Of a DNA stretch of 64,000 bases, positions 24,795-36,619 are shown in pieces. Both the position numbers and the translations under genes were made by a program. Below the pieces are notes generated by a model that saw only the letters and a list, made by a program, of their open reading frames with translations, searched no databases and was not told where the DNA came from. Each line of letters opens with the position of its first letter. Position 1 is the stretch's first letter. The stretch covers positions 9,672,001 through 9,736,000 of the forward strand of contig CM120640.1 in assembly GCA_051362555.1 (NCBI GenBank), in the 5' to 3' direction. This DNA is from Lingula anatina. Its lineage: Eukaryota; Animalia; Brachiopoda.

Positions 24795-24989
24795 AGGCAG
24801 ACTGTACTACTTGGGCCAGTGCTGCTTGTTTCAATACTTATAAAAATGTGTAGGGTTCTAGCTCTACAGGTCCCATAATTGAACAGCTTTATTGTGCAGC
24901 TGTGAAGAACTACATGTATTCAACCAGCTTGAGTCCATTGGGCCCCCATTATCCTGATAAGGGTTAAACCAATACTACCCAGGTGCTCC

Positions 24990-25285
24990 CTAGCACAAAT
25001 ATATAGGACCAGCCTCTGCCAGTCCTTTTGAAGCTGTTCTTTATATCCACGGATGGTGAACTTGGCAGGGGGTTTCCTTCAGGGAGGTGTTCCACCACCT
25101 TGCCACTGTCATATGTCAGGCAGTATTCTCCCTCTTCCATTTTATGCCCATTGTGAGCTCTATGTTTGGCCAAACTGGCCTGCAAAGTTTCCTCTGTAGT
25201 CCAGCTTGGCCTTACAGGCACTTTCAGGGTCTTCCCCCTAAAAGGCTTCAAACTGCCATTATTAGGAATGAGAATTCCCACTCTG
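24990..25285 (-). pseudogene. Exon remnant resembling the N-terminal region of transposon-associated G2E3-like HECT genes
   Basis: LKPFRGKTLKVPV...YCLTYDSGKVVEHLPEG (frameshift) YKEQLQKDWQRLVLYI. Family recalled by pattern only. Confidence 0.4.
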
Positions 25286-26184
25286 ATCTGAAATACATGC
25301 GTGAAAAAGTAACATTATTCTTCTATTAGCATTAGATGCGATTTCCATAAACCACTAAATATTTGGTTGGATTAAAATATTTTGATAAATGAACATTCAG
25401 GGAGATTTCATAGTGATTGGATTAGATGACATTAAATGTAGGCAGTCATGCTTCTCATTTGTGATATAAAGTAGTTATCATGAACTTAGAAACATAAAAA
25501 TATTTTCTCATCCAATTTTTTGTCTAGTACCTGAATGGATGGTAGTGGCAGATTAAATTCCAGATAACCAAATGTTATGTGGTATATAAGATCCCCTAAA
25601 GAAGACTGGTTTAATTTTTTCAAAAAGTACTGAGACCTCAAGATTTTTTTAAAATTTACCTTTTAACCTTTTTAAATCATTACTTACATTCACTTCAATG
25701 TCTTTCACTGAAAATCTGGATTTCTTGTTTATAAAAAATGAGTTTCTTTCGGTGTTCCTCTTTTCTCTCATTTTTTTTAAATGTTTGGAGCAGCTAGGGT
25801 AAATCTGAAATAAAGGCAAATTCAGAATACATTTCAACAATCAACACCAGCCACAATGTTTAAAGGAAGGCACCAAAATAGGTGAAAGTACTTTAATTTT
25901 TAAATTTCAAGTTTTAAACCCAAATACTCAATCTACATGTATGTAATTTGACCCTGGCTAACTTAAAAATTGATGCCATTATATTGATTATGAAGATGCA
26001 GTCAGGGAATTGCAGCTGTACTTTATAGTCTTGAAAATTCTTATTTCTGTCTTAATCGCAATTAAGCTGCAATAACCCTTAACTTAATTATTCTGAGGAA
26101 AAATAAAGTGTTTTACTCTATTCTAATAGCAGTAACATACACTTCTAATACTTACTGAGAGTATTGCCTGGTCCTTCTGCTTAA

Positions 26185-26407
26185 TGCCCCTATTTCACAC
26201 AGACCACGAATCCCACGAATCGCCAGAAATCGACAAATTTCAGGATTCGAGGTTGAATCGTAATCAGTTCATGAAGTTCTTAGAAGATTCGTATATATTC
26301 GTAGTCAGTTCTTGCAAATCTTGATCAATCACGATTCAACCACGAATCCTGAAATTTGTCAATTCCTGGCGATTCGTGGGATTCGTGGTCTGTGTGAAAT
26401 AGGGGCA
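26185..26407. mobile_element. Palindromic Tourist/Harbinger-like MITE
   Basis: TGCCCCTATTTCACACAGACCACGAATCCCACGAATCGCCAG... mirrored at the other end over about 80-100 bp; TAA TSD. Confidence 0.85.
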
Positions 26408-29400
26408 TAAGTGAGGCACTGTGCTTGTAGTTTTAGTCAATCTGGAGATCTAGAACAGCGTGTGCGTGTCTTAGCCGCTTGAGATCTGCTGGGATATAGG
26501 GCGTCACATGGTATGCTGTTACTTTTTCTGATTCCAGGATTATAATAAAAACTAAAAGTTAACAAGCTATGGCTGCCACAGACAACTGTAAGTTTAAATG
26601 TTAAGTCTGCTTATTATATGCAGCACCGAGGGAAGCTGAAACTTTTGAAAGGCTTATATAGCAAAATAAACTGTACATGTAAATTGGTTTATGTGTATTT
26701 TTCTGACCCTAGCACAGAGATTTTTCTCAACGTAATTTGAATTAAAACTTTTTAAGACTGGACTGTACTTTTCTTTTTCTTTTATTATTAATATTTCATT
26801 TTGATCTGGTTCTTTTTCTCTTATGAATTGCTCAACATTTCTCCCAAAAGAGGCCATACTGTTCATGTGGTGTAATAAGGTGAGGTACTTAGTCATATAG
26901 TTATTTGTTTTTTTACAGTGCATGCTTTCAATGACATTGATGACATTGATGGCAAGCAAAAAAAGGACCTTTTTTGTTGAACATGTTGGGTTCTAGAAGC
27001 AAGCCTCTATGTCCACCAAATCTCTAAATGGGCCCCACAGTCCCCCAGTTTTCAGAATGCAGATGCATGATAGTCCATAAGGTCTGGCAGAAAATTCGTC
27101 TACACATGATTTTCCATTTTCACAAATCACGAATGTAAAATATTTTGAGTGTTATGAACTCCAAATGTCACAAAGTAATTATTTTTGGGTCTGCTAACTT
27201 CATATTCCTTGCACATATGTCATTTGATATTTGTTTTTTTATCAATGTGGTGAGTTGGCCAGCCAATAGTAGCAGTCAAATTGACAACTACTCTCCTGTT
27301 ACCTTGAACATTACTATCAATGGAAGACTAAAACGGCCTAAGTAAGTACAGGGCTGCTCCAAAGCCAAGCAGGTTCCTACCATAAAGCCAAGGCCAAATT
27401 AGCCTTATTACCAGCAATATAAACCTTCCTATTGGTTAGAAGGGTATAAATTATCCTGAGAAGACAAAGAGTTACGCTTTTTACTGACCATTTATGAAAA
27501 TTTGGCACATTTAGTGTGGTTAGTGGCCTTCAATATTTATTAATTTATAATCTTTTTATCAAAATCTGTAAACAGAAATTACACTTGCGAAAATGGAAAT
27601 GGTTTAAAACAATATTGAGGGACACCTTACAGACTATCACTGGTATACTTAGTTATAATCTGAGTTTGTTTTATTTACTCATTAAGTTGCTACTTACCTT
27701 CCTTTTTTGGCTCAAGGAAGCTGAGAGTTGAACTGTTGCCACTAAGGCCACTTACACCAGCTATGGCTGCACTTGCCACATCTACAATAATATTACCAAA
27801 TTATTAATTAATATATTAATTGATATATTGTTGTTTAAATTTTAAAAATTGGTGAATGATCTATTGAAAATGAAAAGGAGATAACATTATTATTTCAATT
27901 AAGAATGACATTCTTAAATTGCACCCAGTTTTGTCTGCATAACAAATAAAAAGACTGAAAACAAGTCCAGCTAATATAATAGATTTGTGAGGCCAATAAA
28001 TTATAAATAAATCTTAATCATATGCACTTAGCTATATGCTAGATAATATAACTTATATTTAATGTCTTTAGCCTTTATTATTCAAAATAATCAGTATTTT
28101 AAAAACTGTATCAAAAAAATTTTAAATGTCCTTCCCAAACACTATTTGACACTTTTTCTGGATTAAATGTGTTCAAAAAATCATAGTTAATTATCAAACC
28201 TAAAGTTTCTTTGGGATTCTGGTGTCTGGTTTCAGAAATTATACATTTATTAGCGGACCAAATCCCACAGAATGGCTATTACCAGGTTATTAGCAGTCTC
28301 TTGGAAATACCCTGTGATTTTAATCTAAACTTATGAGCAACAAACCAAGTAAAGTACCTCACCAAGACAAGAAATGGATCCCTTACATTTACACAGTCAA
28401 AATTCATCGATATTATTGGAATAATCTTGTAATTTTCAGGCATGAAAAGAGATTTGTATTCTGCACTAAGATGTCACCTTATAACCATAAAAGTCTGAGT
28501 CCAGATAGGTAGAACATGTTAGATAGATAGAATATGCTTTACTTTCCTAAATTAATGATATCCAGAACCTATCTCTGTTAGAGTTTTCAAGCTGTCTGCT
28601 TTTAATGGCAGTGGTGTCTGCTATTAATGGCAGTGATTTGCCACAAAATGTGCAGCATTAAAAATTTTCAAACCCATAGGGCAATTCCTTGCCACAATAG
28701 GGACAATACATGGTATCACGCTGAAAGTATATAATTTTTTTTAGAAATCATAGAAATCACCCTAAAAGACTTGCACCGTATTCTGTAGACATGGGGAAAC
28801 TGCTGGTCTAATTGGTAATGACCGCCTGAAAAGCCAAATGACCGACAAGAACTTTGCCACAAACATTTCACAGCTATCCTGATTTGGATCAAGAAATAAC
28901 AGTGATTGGGAAGGTTTAAACCACCCATGGGACAATGGCCCCTCCTGGGTCACCCTAAATGGGCCATTTTGCATATCAATGGGCCATTGCTTGACATTTA
29001 TGGGCCATTTTTAAACATGACAAATATATTTGAAATATCTGTATCAATATTTTTGGGAATGATATGAGAAGGTGTTGCAGTTAAACTTTGTTAATATATT
29101 TATTTAGTTAAGACTTTTATTTGTCTTTTTCAATAAAACCATTACAATGCCTTCTTTACTGAACTTATTTGAAGACTAAATGAAAAAACAAAATGATCAG
29201 AAAACATGTAATACTCATTAGTAATTGGTTTTTATTTGATGAAACCATCAACAAGAGGTAAACAATCTAGATCTCTGAAAACCTTGATTTCTCAAAACTG
29301 AGAAAATGTAAATGAAGTTGTCCTCACATACTGTCTAGTACTTATTAATCAGTCTTACTGCAAAGAGATTTCATTACTTAATGAAGTAATCTCTTTTTCC

Positions 29401-30229
29401 TGTGCCACACATTCAGTGCATCCTCATAACTTATCTTACTCCCAAGAATCTTAACTCTTAGCAGGTGATTCGCAGAACATTTTCGTTTGGGTGCTGTCGT
29501 ACTGGAGCTAGGGCCATAGTTGAAGCCATCGGGGTTTGAAACCTCGTGCTAGCACTAGCAGTAACACTACTGTCAGTGTCACTACTAATCGTCGTAGTGC
29601 AAGGAGCGCTGCTCTCAGAAGTTGGTACATTTTCTTCCCCCGTCTCCTTTGAGACTTCTTTCTGAACGTTGGACGGACCCTTAGACGAAGCGGTTGAAGT
29701 ACATAAACTAACAAATGTAGGCTGGTCTGGCGAGATTTTAAAAATTTTTTTCGGCGGCATTTTTCTTTTCACTTCATCAAAGTGCTGCTTGAAAAAATCC
29801 CATGTGCTTTCAGAACGAAAAGCAAGGTTACTTCTAATTGGATAAACATGACCTATTAACTGATGGGCCAATAAGATATCAGCTTTTATTTCATTAGCAT
29901 AGCTATTGGGGCGATGAGCTCATTGCTCTCGGCAAATACCATGCATAGAAACGAATCATACATAAAAATCGACTAACGGACCTGCAGTTGTCTCTGTGAG
30001 TTTTTCTCCGTGCGTTTTCTTTCTGTGGGTTTTCACGGCTTTTCCAAGATGTCCGCACCGAAAGAGGCATCTATTTCTGTCGTGTCAAGAAGTTTATGTG
30101 TTGTGTTGCGATTTTCTTTGGTGTTGCGTCGATAAGTTAAATGCATTGTGTTGCGATTTTTTTTTTTTTTAGTTGTGTTGAGATTGTGTTCGGTGTCGTG
30201 TTGAGTGTTTTGGTTGCTTGTTGTGGCAC

Positions 30230-30970
30230 TTATACGCTTCCTTAGACTTGACCTCACTGGAGAATCTCTTCACTGTCTTTGCTTGCTTCAGTGCCCAACC
30301 AACAGAAACACTTTCTAAGCCTAAACTACCTGACACAGCACCTGTCACTCGTACAACTCTAGGCACTCTTACTTCCCCCAACTTTTCTGCCCATCTGACC
30401 TTAATTGTGTCATAAACAGTTTCCGTTCTTATTTCCATGGAGTGCTGGCCAAAAGCAATGTGGTTATTGAGTTCCATGTCAGAGTTGAAGGTTTTCAAGC
30501 CAAAGGATTAGCATTGAAATAGTTAACCTTTCCCTCCGATTAAGTGAGCTAATACTGTGTCATTAGATTTTCCTGTGTCGTTCCGTGTGCGAAAGTAAAG
30601 TTAGCAAAAAGAAATAGAGAGAAAGCCTTTTATATGCTGTGAAATGAAAACTGTTCAGTGCAGGGTGTGGTACAGGCATGTGACAGTGTGGTTATGTAAG
30701 TGCGGTGGCCCGTAACGTTATAATCAGTAGAGTGAGAGAGAGAAAGAGAGAGAAAATAAAGCTGGACAAAAGAGAAAGAACGGAAAATGTGCTGCGCATG
30801 AATAATAAGTAAACAAAGGACAAACTCAGATAAAAATAAATATCACGGGCAGTTACAATCTTATTTACCTGAAATTATCCATCTTGGCCCAAGGATACTA
30901 CAGCAGTCACTTGCCACGATATGCCCTTCTTGGCAAACCATTCTTGCTGGCTTTCTCTAAATTTCCTCTT
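30230..30970 (-). pseudogene. DNA transposase remnant (possibly Sola3-like; family uncertain)
   Basis: KFRESQQEWFAKKGISWQV (30965-30905) followed by LNNHIAFGQH...VGWALKQAKTVKRFS. Confidence 0.5.
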
Positions 30971-31557
30971 GCCTATATGATTTTCTGCCTGGCAAGATCT
31001 GTCTAAAAATGGGAGTGTCAAAAAAGGAACACACATTTTTTTTCAAGTGCTCCCAACATGCCGCATGCATTGGCTGCATTACACAACACGCCTCATTCTG
31101 GATTTACATACATTATTCATGAGTTATTCAGGATAATATTAAGAGTGGAGAATTAAACAACAGAATGATGTTAATTTGAATGATGTAATTTTTTGGCAAG
31201 ATGTGTCCTACAAGTACTGTTGTCACATAGTCAAACAGAAACTTTAAGGTTGTGCATCACTCACTTATGTGAAATTTGTGAGAATCAGCTGAATACTTTA
31301 GTAAGAAAGGTGGCTGACATTTCTAATATTAGATTACCCATAATTCAGAGATAAAGGTAGTATGACCAATTTTCATGGACTTGGTGGGAATATTCCTATC
31401 ACGTTTCATGAAAATTAGTCCACTTCTGGAAATTTATCACTTTGTGAGGTTGTAATCCTTCAAAAGGTTTTCCAATGCAGTGTGGTTAACTGGGGTAACA
31501 ATGCTCTGGTCCAAAGGTAAAGCAGGCTTATTAATTTGGATAATTTCCTGAATTGGG

Positions 31558-33048
31558 TTAGATGAATTTTTTGTGGAATTTGGGTCTGAAAATTTGGGAT
31601 TTTTGGTGGCTAGAAAAGTTGTTGGGGAAGGGTTTTCTGGGGTAAGGGAAAGTGGAGTGCCTGGCTCCATTTGAGCGGCATAAAGAGAGGGGGTGGTCTC
31701 TGTTGCACAGATAGCATTTGTGCTGGTATCTGCAACGTGTGAATGAGCATTTTCCTCTATTGAAGTTTTTACAAACCTCGGGGGGGGGGGGGGGACGAAA
31801 ATTGTCCAATTTTGGGGTCCCAAGTGAGTGGCCATAAACTACCGGGTCTTCCTCTTCCCATTTGATGCCTTCGCTGGCTCGTTTTTGACGGAATCTTTCG
31901 TCATAAGCCCTCCAATTGGCTACTTTATTTGGGAACATCGCGATGACCCTGTGGGCATAGACTAAAAGGGGGATGGCTTGGTCTGGGAATTTTTGCAGGT
32001 AGATGGCCGAGAAGATTTGCCATGCTTGGCACCACTGGAGTGAGGTCAGATCAGATTTTTTGAGGGAAGGGGAGAGGATCATCATGATCTGGCCTTCCTC
32101 GTTTCGTTCAGTCTGTGTAGAGAGGTTTTCAGTTTTATCCTCCCTGCCTGGAGCCAAAGAGTCAGGGGGAAGGAGGTCTTTTAGGTTTATGAAATCGTCA
32201 TCCCAAATTTTCAATCTCAATTTATTGTTCACGTGGTGGTCTATTGGGGTTTTGGGAATTTTCTTACCTTGGGGGTCTGGAAATTGAGCCGATCCATACA
32301 TCAAATCATTTTGTGGCATCTGTGGAGCAAAGTTTTGGTGAGGCATTTGGTATGGGGCGGTGTAATGGGGGGGGGAAGGTTGGGGGGGCATGGAATTTGA
32401 TTGAAAGTAGGGGGATGGGTTCACAGGGAGACCCATAGCTGGGTTGGGAGGATAGATTGGGCCTGTTTGGGACACAGTTGGGGCCACTGTTGTTTGAGAG
32501 TGAGGGAGGTTTTGATATGGGTAAGGAGAGAAGTGAGGGGGGTTTGCCATGTTTGTTGTGGACTGACTGGGGGGTAGGCCTTGAGAGGAGGGATGGGGGG
32601 TATTGATACCGCTGGGACCTGGCTGGGGGCCTTGGAGGAGCGAGGGAGGGGGTGGGGCTAGGCTGCTTCCCATATGATGAACATATGGGAGGCTTTGGGA
32701 GCTTGAGACTGAGTAGACTTGGGGGCTTGTTAACGGGCGAGGCTGCACCGAGGTGGCTGCTGTTGTTGCTGTGCTGGGGACCGATGGCTGTGAGTTCCCC
32801 AGAGTGCTTTGAACTAGGTTGGTCACTGTGGCCGGGTGTGTGAAGAAGGGTCTGCTGGGTCCCGGTGTCGTCGCGGTGGTAGCTACTTCCGCTGTTTGGT
32901 TATAGGTTGGAGGCTGTGGGTTCCCCAGAGTGCTTTAACTTAGGCTGGATGCTGGGGCTGGGTGAGTGTTGTAAGGGGTGCTGGGTCCGGGTGTCATGGC
33001 CCAGAACATCGCTTCTCCCAGTGATGGTAGACCTGGGGGTTGTTCCAT
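31558..33048 (-). pseudogene. DIRS/Ngaro-type gag with one in-frame stop (32937-32935)
   Basis: ATG at 33048 is in frame with the 422-aa track ORF. Pro-rich N-terminus; HVNNKLRLKIWDDDFINLKDLL; WCQAWQIFSAIY; WRAYDERFR; CKNFNRGKCSFTRCRYQHKCYLCNRDHPLSLC. Confidence 0.8.
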
Positions 33049-33688
33049 GATTCAGAGCTAAAATGAAAGAAAGGAAGAATAGACTCCGTATGGCAGAGAA
33101 AAGAGAGATAGTTGAGCCCTGCCAGCTCAGAGAAAGGTAATTAGTAAAGAGTAATAGGGGGTATGGTTAGTGACGTTGCCAGTGCTACTAGCATGATTCT
33201 AATTATAGAGCAGCGTATGTCATAAAAGTTGAATGTAAAACTCAATCGTGCTGATTGAAAATGAAATGATATGAATAAGCAGTTTACGAATTGTCGGCGC
33301 ATGAGTGGTTATATAAGTCAGTATGTGTATTCATAGAATTGTATATGCTCGCCTATAAAGAAAGGAGCGGCCACGTGCTGCGGCCCTGTAATTAGTTTTA
33401 TGCTACAACGTGTAGCATGTATTAACAATGGGCGGCTACCTGCTGCAGCCAAATGTTCTAGGTGTCAATCTAAGTAGCGGTGCCGTGCAGTGCCTAGATA
33501 TAATGTGTCTATTGTATAGTTTGATAATACATTTTCCGGGTGCATGCAGCGAGTAAATTATGTGTAATTTTCTGTGAACCCTTTAAAAATCAATTACTAG
33601 TGATATTTGGGTGATCTTATGGTAAGGGAGGCTTAAACTATATTTAGTTTGCAGCAAGCTGCTCTCATACTAGCTGAGAATTTATAAT

Positions 33689-34306
33689 CTATGAAGCTGA
33701 AGGTATTTTCCCAAATAGCATTGAATATGCCAACTTACTCTTGCTTACGGTGAGCACAGCACCTCTGAACGATCGCCAGAGCATGTTCGAGCCTTTCGCA
33801 TTCATATGTACTCCGTCTGGTAGTAAGTTTCCTGCCCAGTTGACGGTGGCCCCCACGTGGCGCAGATAATGAATATTATCCTGGCCTTTAAAGTTTTCCT
33901 TCATGGCAGTGTTGACTTTAGCTACCGTAAGATTGTATCTGTCTTGGTCCTCTCTAGTTGGCAGGTAACCACAGCTGGGGGAGGATCTGTAAAGCAGTTG
34001 GCCCCAGAACATTGTTAGGTGGGGGAAGCGCTCCAGAATCCTGAGGTTCAATAATACGATCTTGTCCATCATCTTTGGCGGGTCAAATGGTGATCCCCTC
34101 ACATCGTTTCCTCCAACTTGGAACAGAAGCACATCAGTCATCCTTAGGGTGTGGAAAAAGTCCTCGCTCTGTAAGAAGTGTTCGATGCGAGCCCCACTCT
34201 TTCCATAGAAGATGACATGGTTCAGTGATGGGTCCAGGTTGAGGTTTGACGGGGAATCCTGTTCCAAACGTTTGATAAGGCTATGCCCAGCAATGACAAT
34301 TTTCAT
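33689..34306 (-). CDS. SGNH/GDSL hydrolase (retroelement esterase type), ~205 aa, intact
   Basis: All four blocks present: IAGHS, GKSG, QVGGND, DGVH. Confidence 0.85.
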   Translation of the reverse strand: MKIVIAGHSLIKRLEQDSPSNLNLDPSLNHVIFYGKSGARIEHFLQSEDFFHTLRMTDVLLFQVGGNDVRGSPFDPPKMMDKIVLLNLRILERFPHLTMFWGQLLYRSSPSCGYLPTREDQDRYNLTVAKVNTAMKENFKGQDNIHYLRHVGATVNWAGNLLPDGVHMNAKGSNMLWRSFRGAVLTVSKSKLAYSMLFGKIPSAS

Positions 34307-34505
34307 GTTGAAAGAGGCTAAGGAGTACACTAAGGTGTCTGAAAGAAATAGACTAGGATATAAGCATGCAATGTCTATGTAACTAATTGTCTGGAGTACA
34401 GCAAAATCAGATTTTTTTTTTTTTTTTTTTTTAAATAGACTAATAGACTAGGATATAGGCATGCAATGTCTACGTAACTAATTGTTTAGAGTACGGCAAA
34501 ATAAC

Positions 34506-34549
<44 letters not shown>

Positions 34550-35694
34550 GTGTGTTGTTCATGTGCGTTTGAGCGCCTGTAAGTGTTGACATGCTTGTAA
34601 GGCAACAGGTGTCTGTTGAAATGTTTGAAGAAAGGCTAAGCATGCAACTAATTTCCTGTCAAAATAGACCTTAGGTCATAAAGGCTAATGATGTTTGGCC
34701 ATAAAGATTGTGATCTTTGGGAGCATGATCCCTTGGAGTCGCTAAGTGACCATCCGCCATGTGTTGGTAATTATCGGTTATGTAAGCGGAGAACGCTGGC
34801 GCCATGTTGCCTTGTGTTATGAATAAGAGCTGCGAGTTTCGGAGCAGCGTATGTGGTGAATACATGGGTACTGGTTTCCGTATTTTGGGTGGGCAAGTAC
34901 TAAACAGCAATGAACCTAACTTAGCGTCGGTGTGATGGAACTAAGCAATGTATCGCCGTGAAAACTGAACTAAACTCGATTGTTGAGGAACGTTCGCCAT
35001 ATTGGATGACTAAATTATGAGGCGGAGTTTATGAAACTCCTTTTAACTAAGCGAAAATAATCAACCAGGCAGATTGTTATAGTCAAATGGCCTTAAAGTC
35101 CTGTCGGCACCACTTTAGGAGGGTTTCCCTGTCGAAAAGAGAGTAACGTAAGAAATACAACGTGAGAAATTCCCTTGTGCGTACCGCACTGGATAAAGTT
35201 TTAAAACGCGGCGTATATAGCACGCTGTTATTGCTACACGCATATAGTGTAATAGATAATCTAGTCTGGGTAAAGTGCCGAGAGGATTTTAGCAGCCTAA
35301 AAATTGAATCACAAGGATTTGTCGCTTACCCTTACTTGTTATTCTGGTACACTGGTCAAATCGGTAATGGCTGGTTGAATGCGTCTAGTCGGCTTGGTGG
35401 CAGACTAGCAAGTGATATCCTGGGTATTGCCTCGATTAAACCTCGCTCTATTTGGTCACGTGGTACGAAACTCGCGACGCGATTTGTTACATTGCTAGTC
35501 ATATGACTTATGATGTAATATTGTTTACAACAGCAACTGCAGGAAGCGACTCAGCAGTGACCCCTCATCTTGATAAATCCGATTATGGACAGGCAATAAT
35601 CTTTATGTACTAATTTAATTGTTACAATTGTGCACCAGGCTTTCTTAGATCACTGCCAGTACGTCTCATGTCTGGCTATAAACAATGTAGACTA

Positions 35695-35900
35695 ACCTTT
35701 TCACCATCCTGATCTATTTTTAATGGATTTTGTATGGGCCTGATGTAAGCTTTTGCCTGAACCAGAGAATCTCTTAGATTTTTTGGTGTGTATGGCCCAA
35801 GCAGGTCTTCCAGAGACTTTGTGTCATTTTCCACTGACAAGATCTCGATTCCCCCAGAATCTTTTAGTTTCGGATATTCACTTTCTGTAATGGTTTCTCT
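35695..35900 (-). pseudogene. Second G2E3-like/HECT-associated N-terminal exon remnant
   Basis: YPKLKDSGGIEIL...YTPKNLR...QAKAYIRPIQNPL. Pattern recall only. Confidence 0.45.
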
Positions 35901-36329
35901 GCCTCTCACACGGTTCCCCACAGGTTCATTATCAATTCCAAACTTCATAGCAGGTGTCTCTATGTTCTTTTGTTTGAGAGGCTGAGTTGCAAGAGTGTCA
36001 TGGTTAGCTCTTCTCATGTAAATGTCTTTGAAGTGGGAGAAGTCAGGTGGTGTTTTCTCAAGTCATGCCAGGTTTTATTCATGCTCTGATTACGAGTCTC
36101 CTTTTCAATATCCATTACCCCATTACCCCAGTCTGAAAGTCTTGTATAGACATCATACTCCTTTTGAAACACAAAACTGAACTCCCTTGTGTAATGTGGA
36201 AATTAGAAAAAGGTTGATTGACATGATTTATGATATCAGATGTCTTCTATTTTCTGCTGATAAGCCAGTGGAGATCATGCGGGTACCGTGCCAGATGTGT
36301 GGTTTCAGTTATGTTGCTTGCTCTCATTT

Positions 36330-36520
36330 CACAGATGAAATCATGCAAATATTCCTTAATATTTGTGGCTTACTATCTTTACTAAAAAGACCAACTGTAA
36401 AAGGCAAGAATTGCTCTGTATAAGCTAGTCTACAAAGAATTGACCAAAACTGAGAATTGGAGCTTCTTAACGAGGGAACAGCATCAATATTGATTGGAAT
36501 ACTGACTTTATCAATGTGCA
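36330..36520 (-). pseudogene. EnSpm/CACTA-type transposase fragment
   Basis: INIDAVPSLRSSNSQFWSILCRL...PFTVGLFSKDSKP resembles NIDGLPLFKSSxxQFWPIL...PFxxGLFxGxxKP. Confidence 0.7.
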
Positions 36521-36619
36521 AGAACTTGGCTAAAGAGTATCACCAATCTGTGGTACCAAGCTTTGTTTAGTTTTTTCAGGGACATGTGGGCTTCATTTTC
36601 TGTTGGATTTCTCTATTCC

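Larger units (their letters stand above)
31440..35500 (-). mobile_element. Tyrosine-recombinase retrotransposon (DIRS/Ngaro-like), 3'-truncated at the start of pol; 5' boundary approximate
   Basis: Gag with the YR-element core and CCCH/CCHC fingers; overlapping second frame ending IVTPVNHTALENLLKDY (pre-RT motif); upstream SGNH ORF. No RT or YR domain is present in the window. Confidence 0.75.

Noticed and set aside
34348-34546. Two ~65-bp units each followed by poly-T, suggesting small retroposed RNAs
   Set aside because: More simply a local tandem duplication within the YR element leader; no Pol III boxes or TSD.
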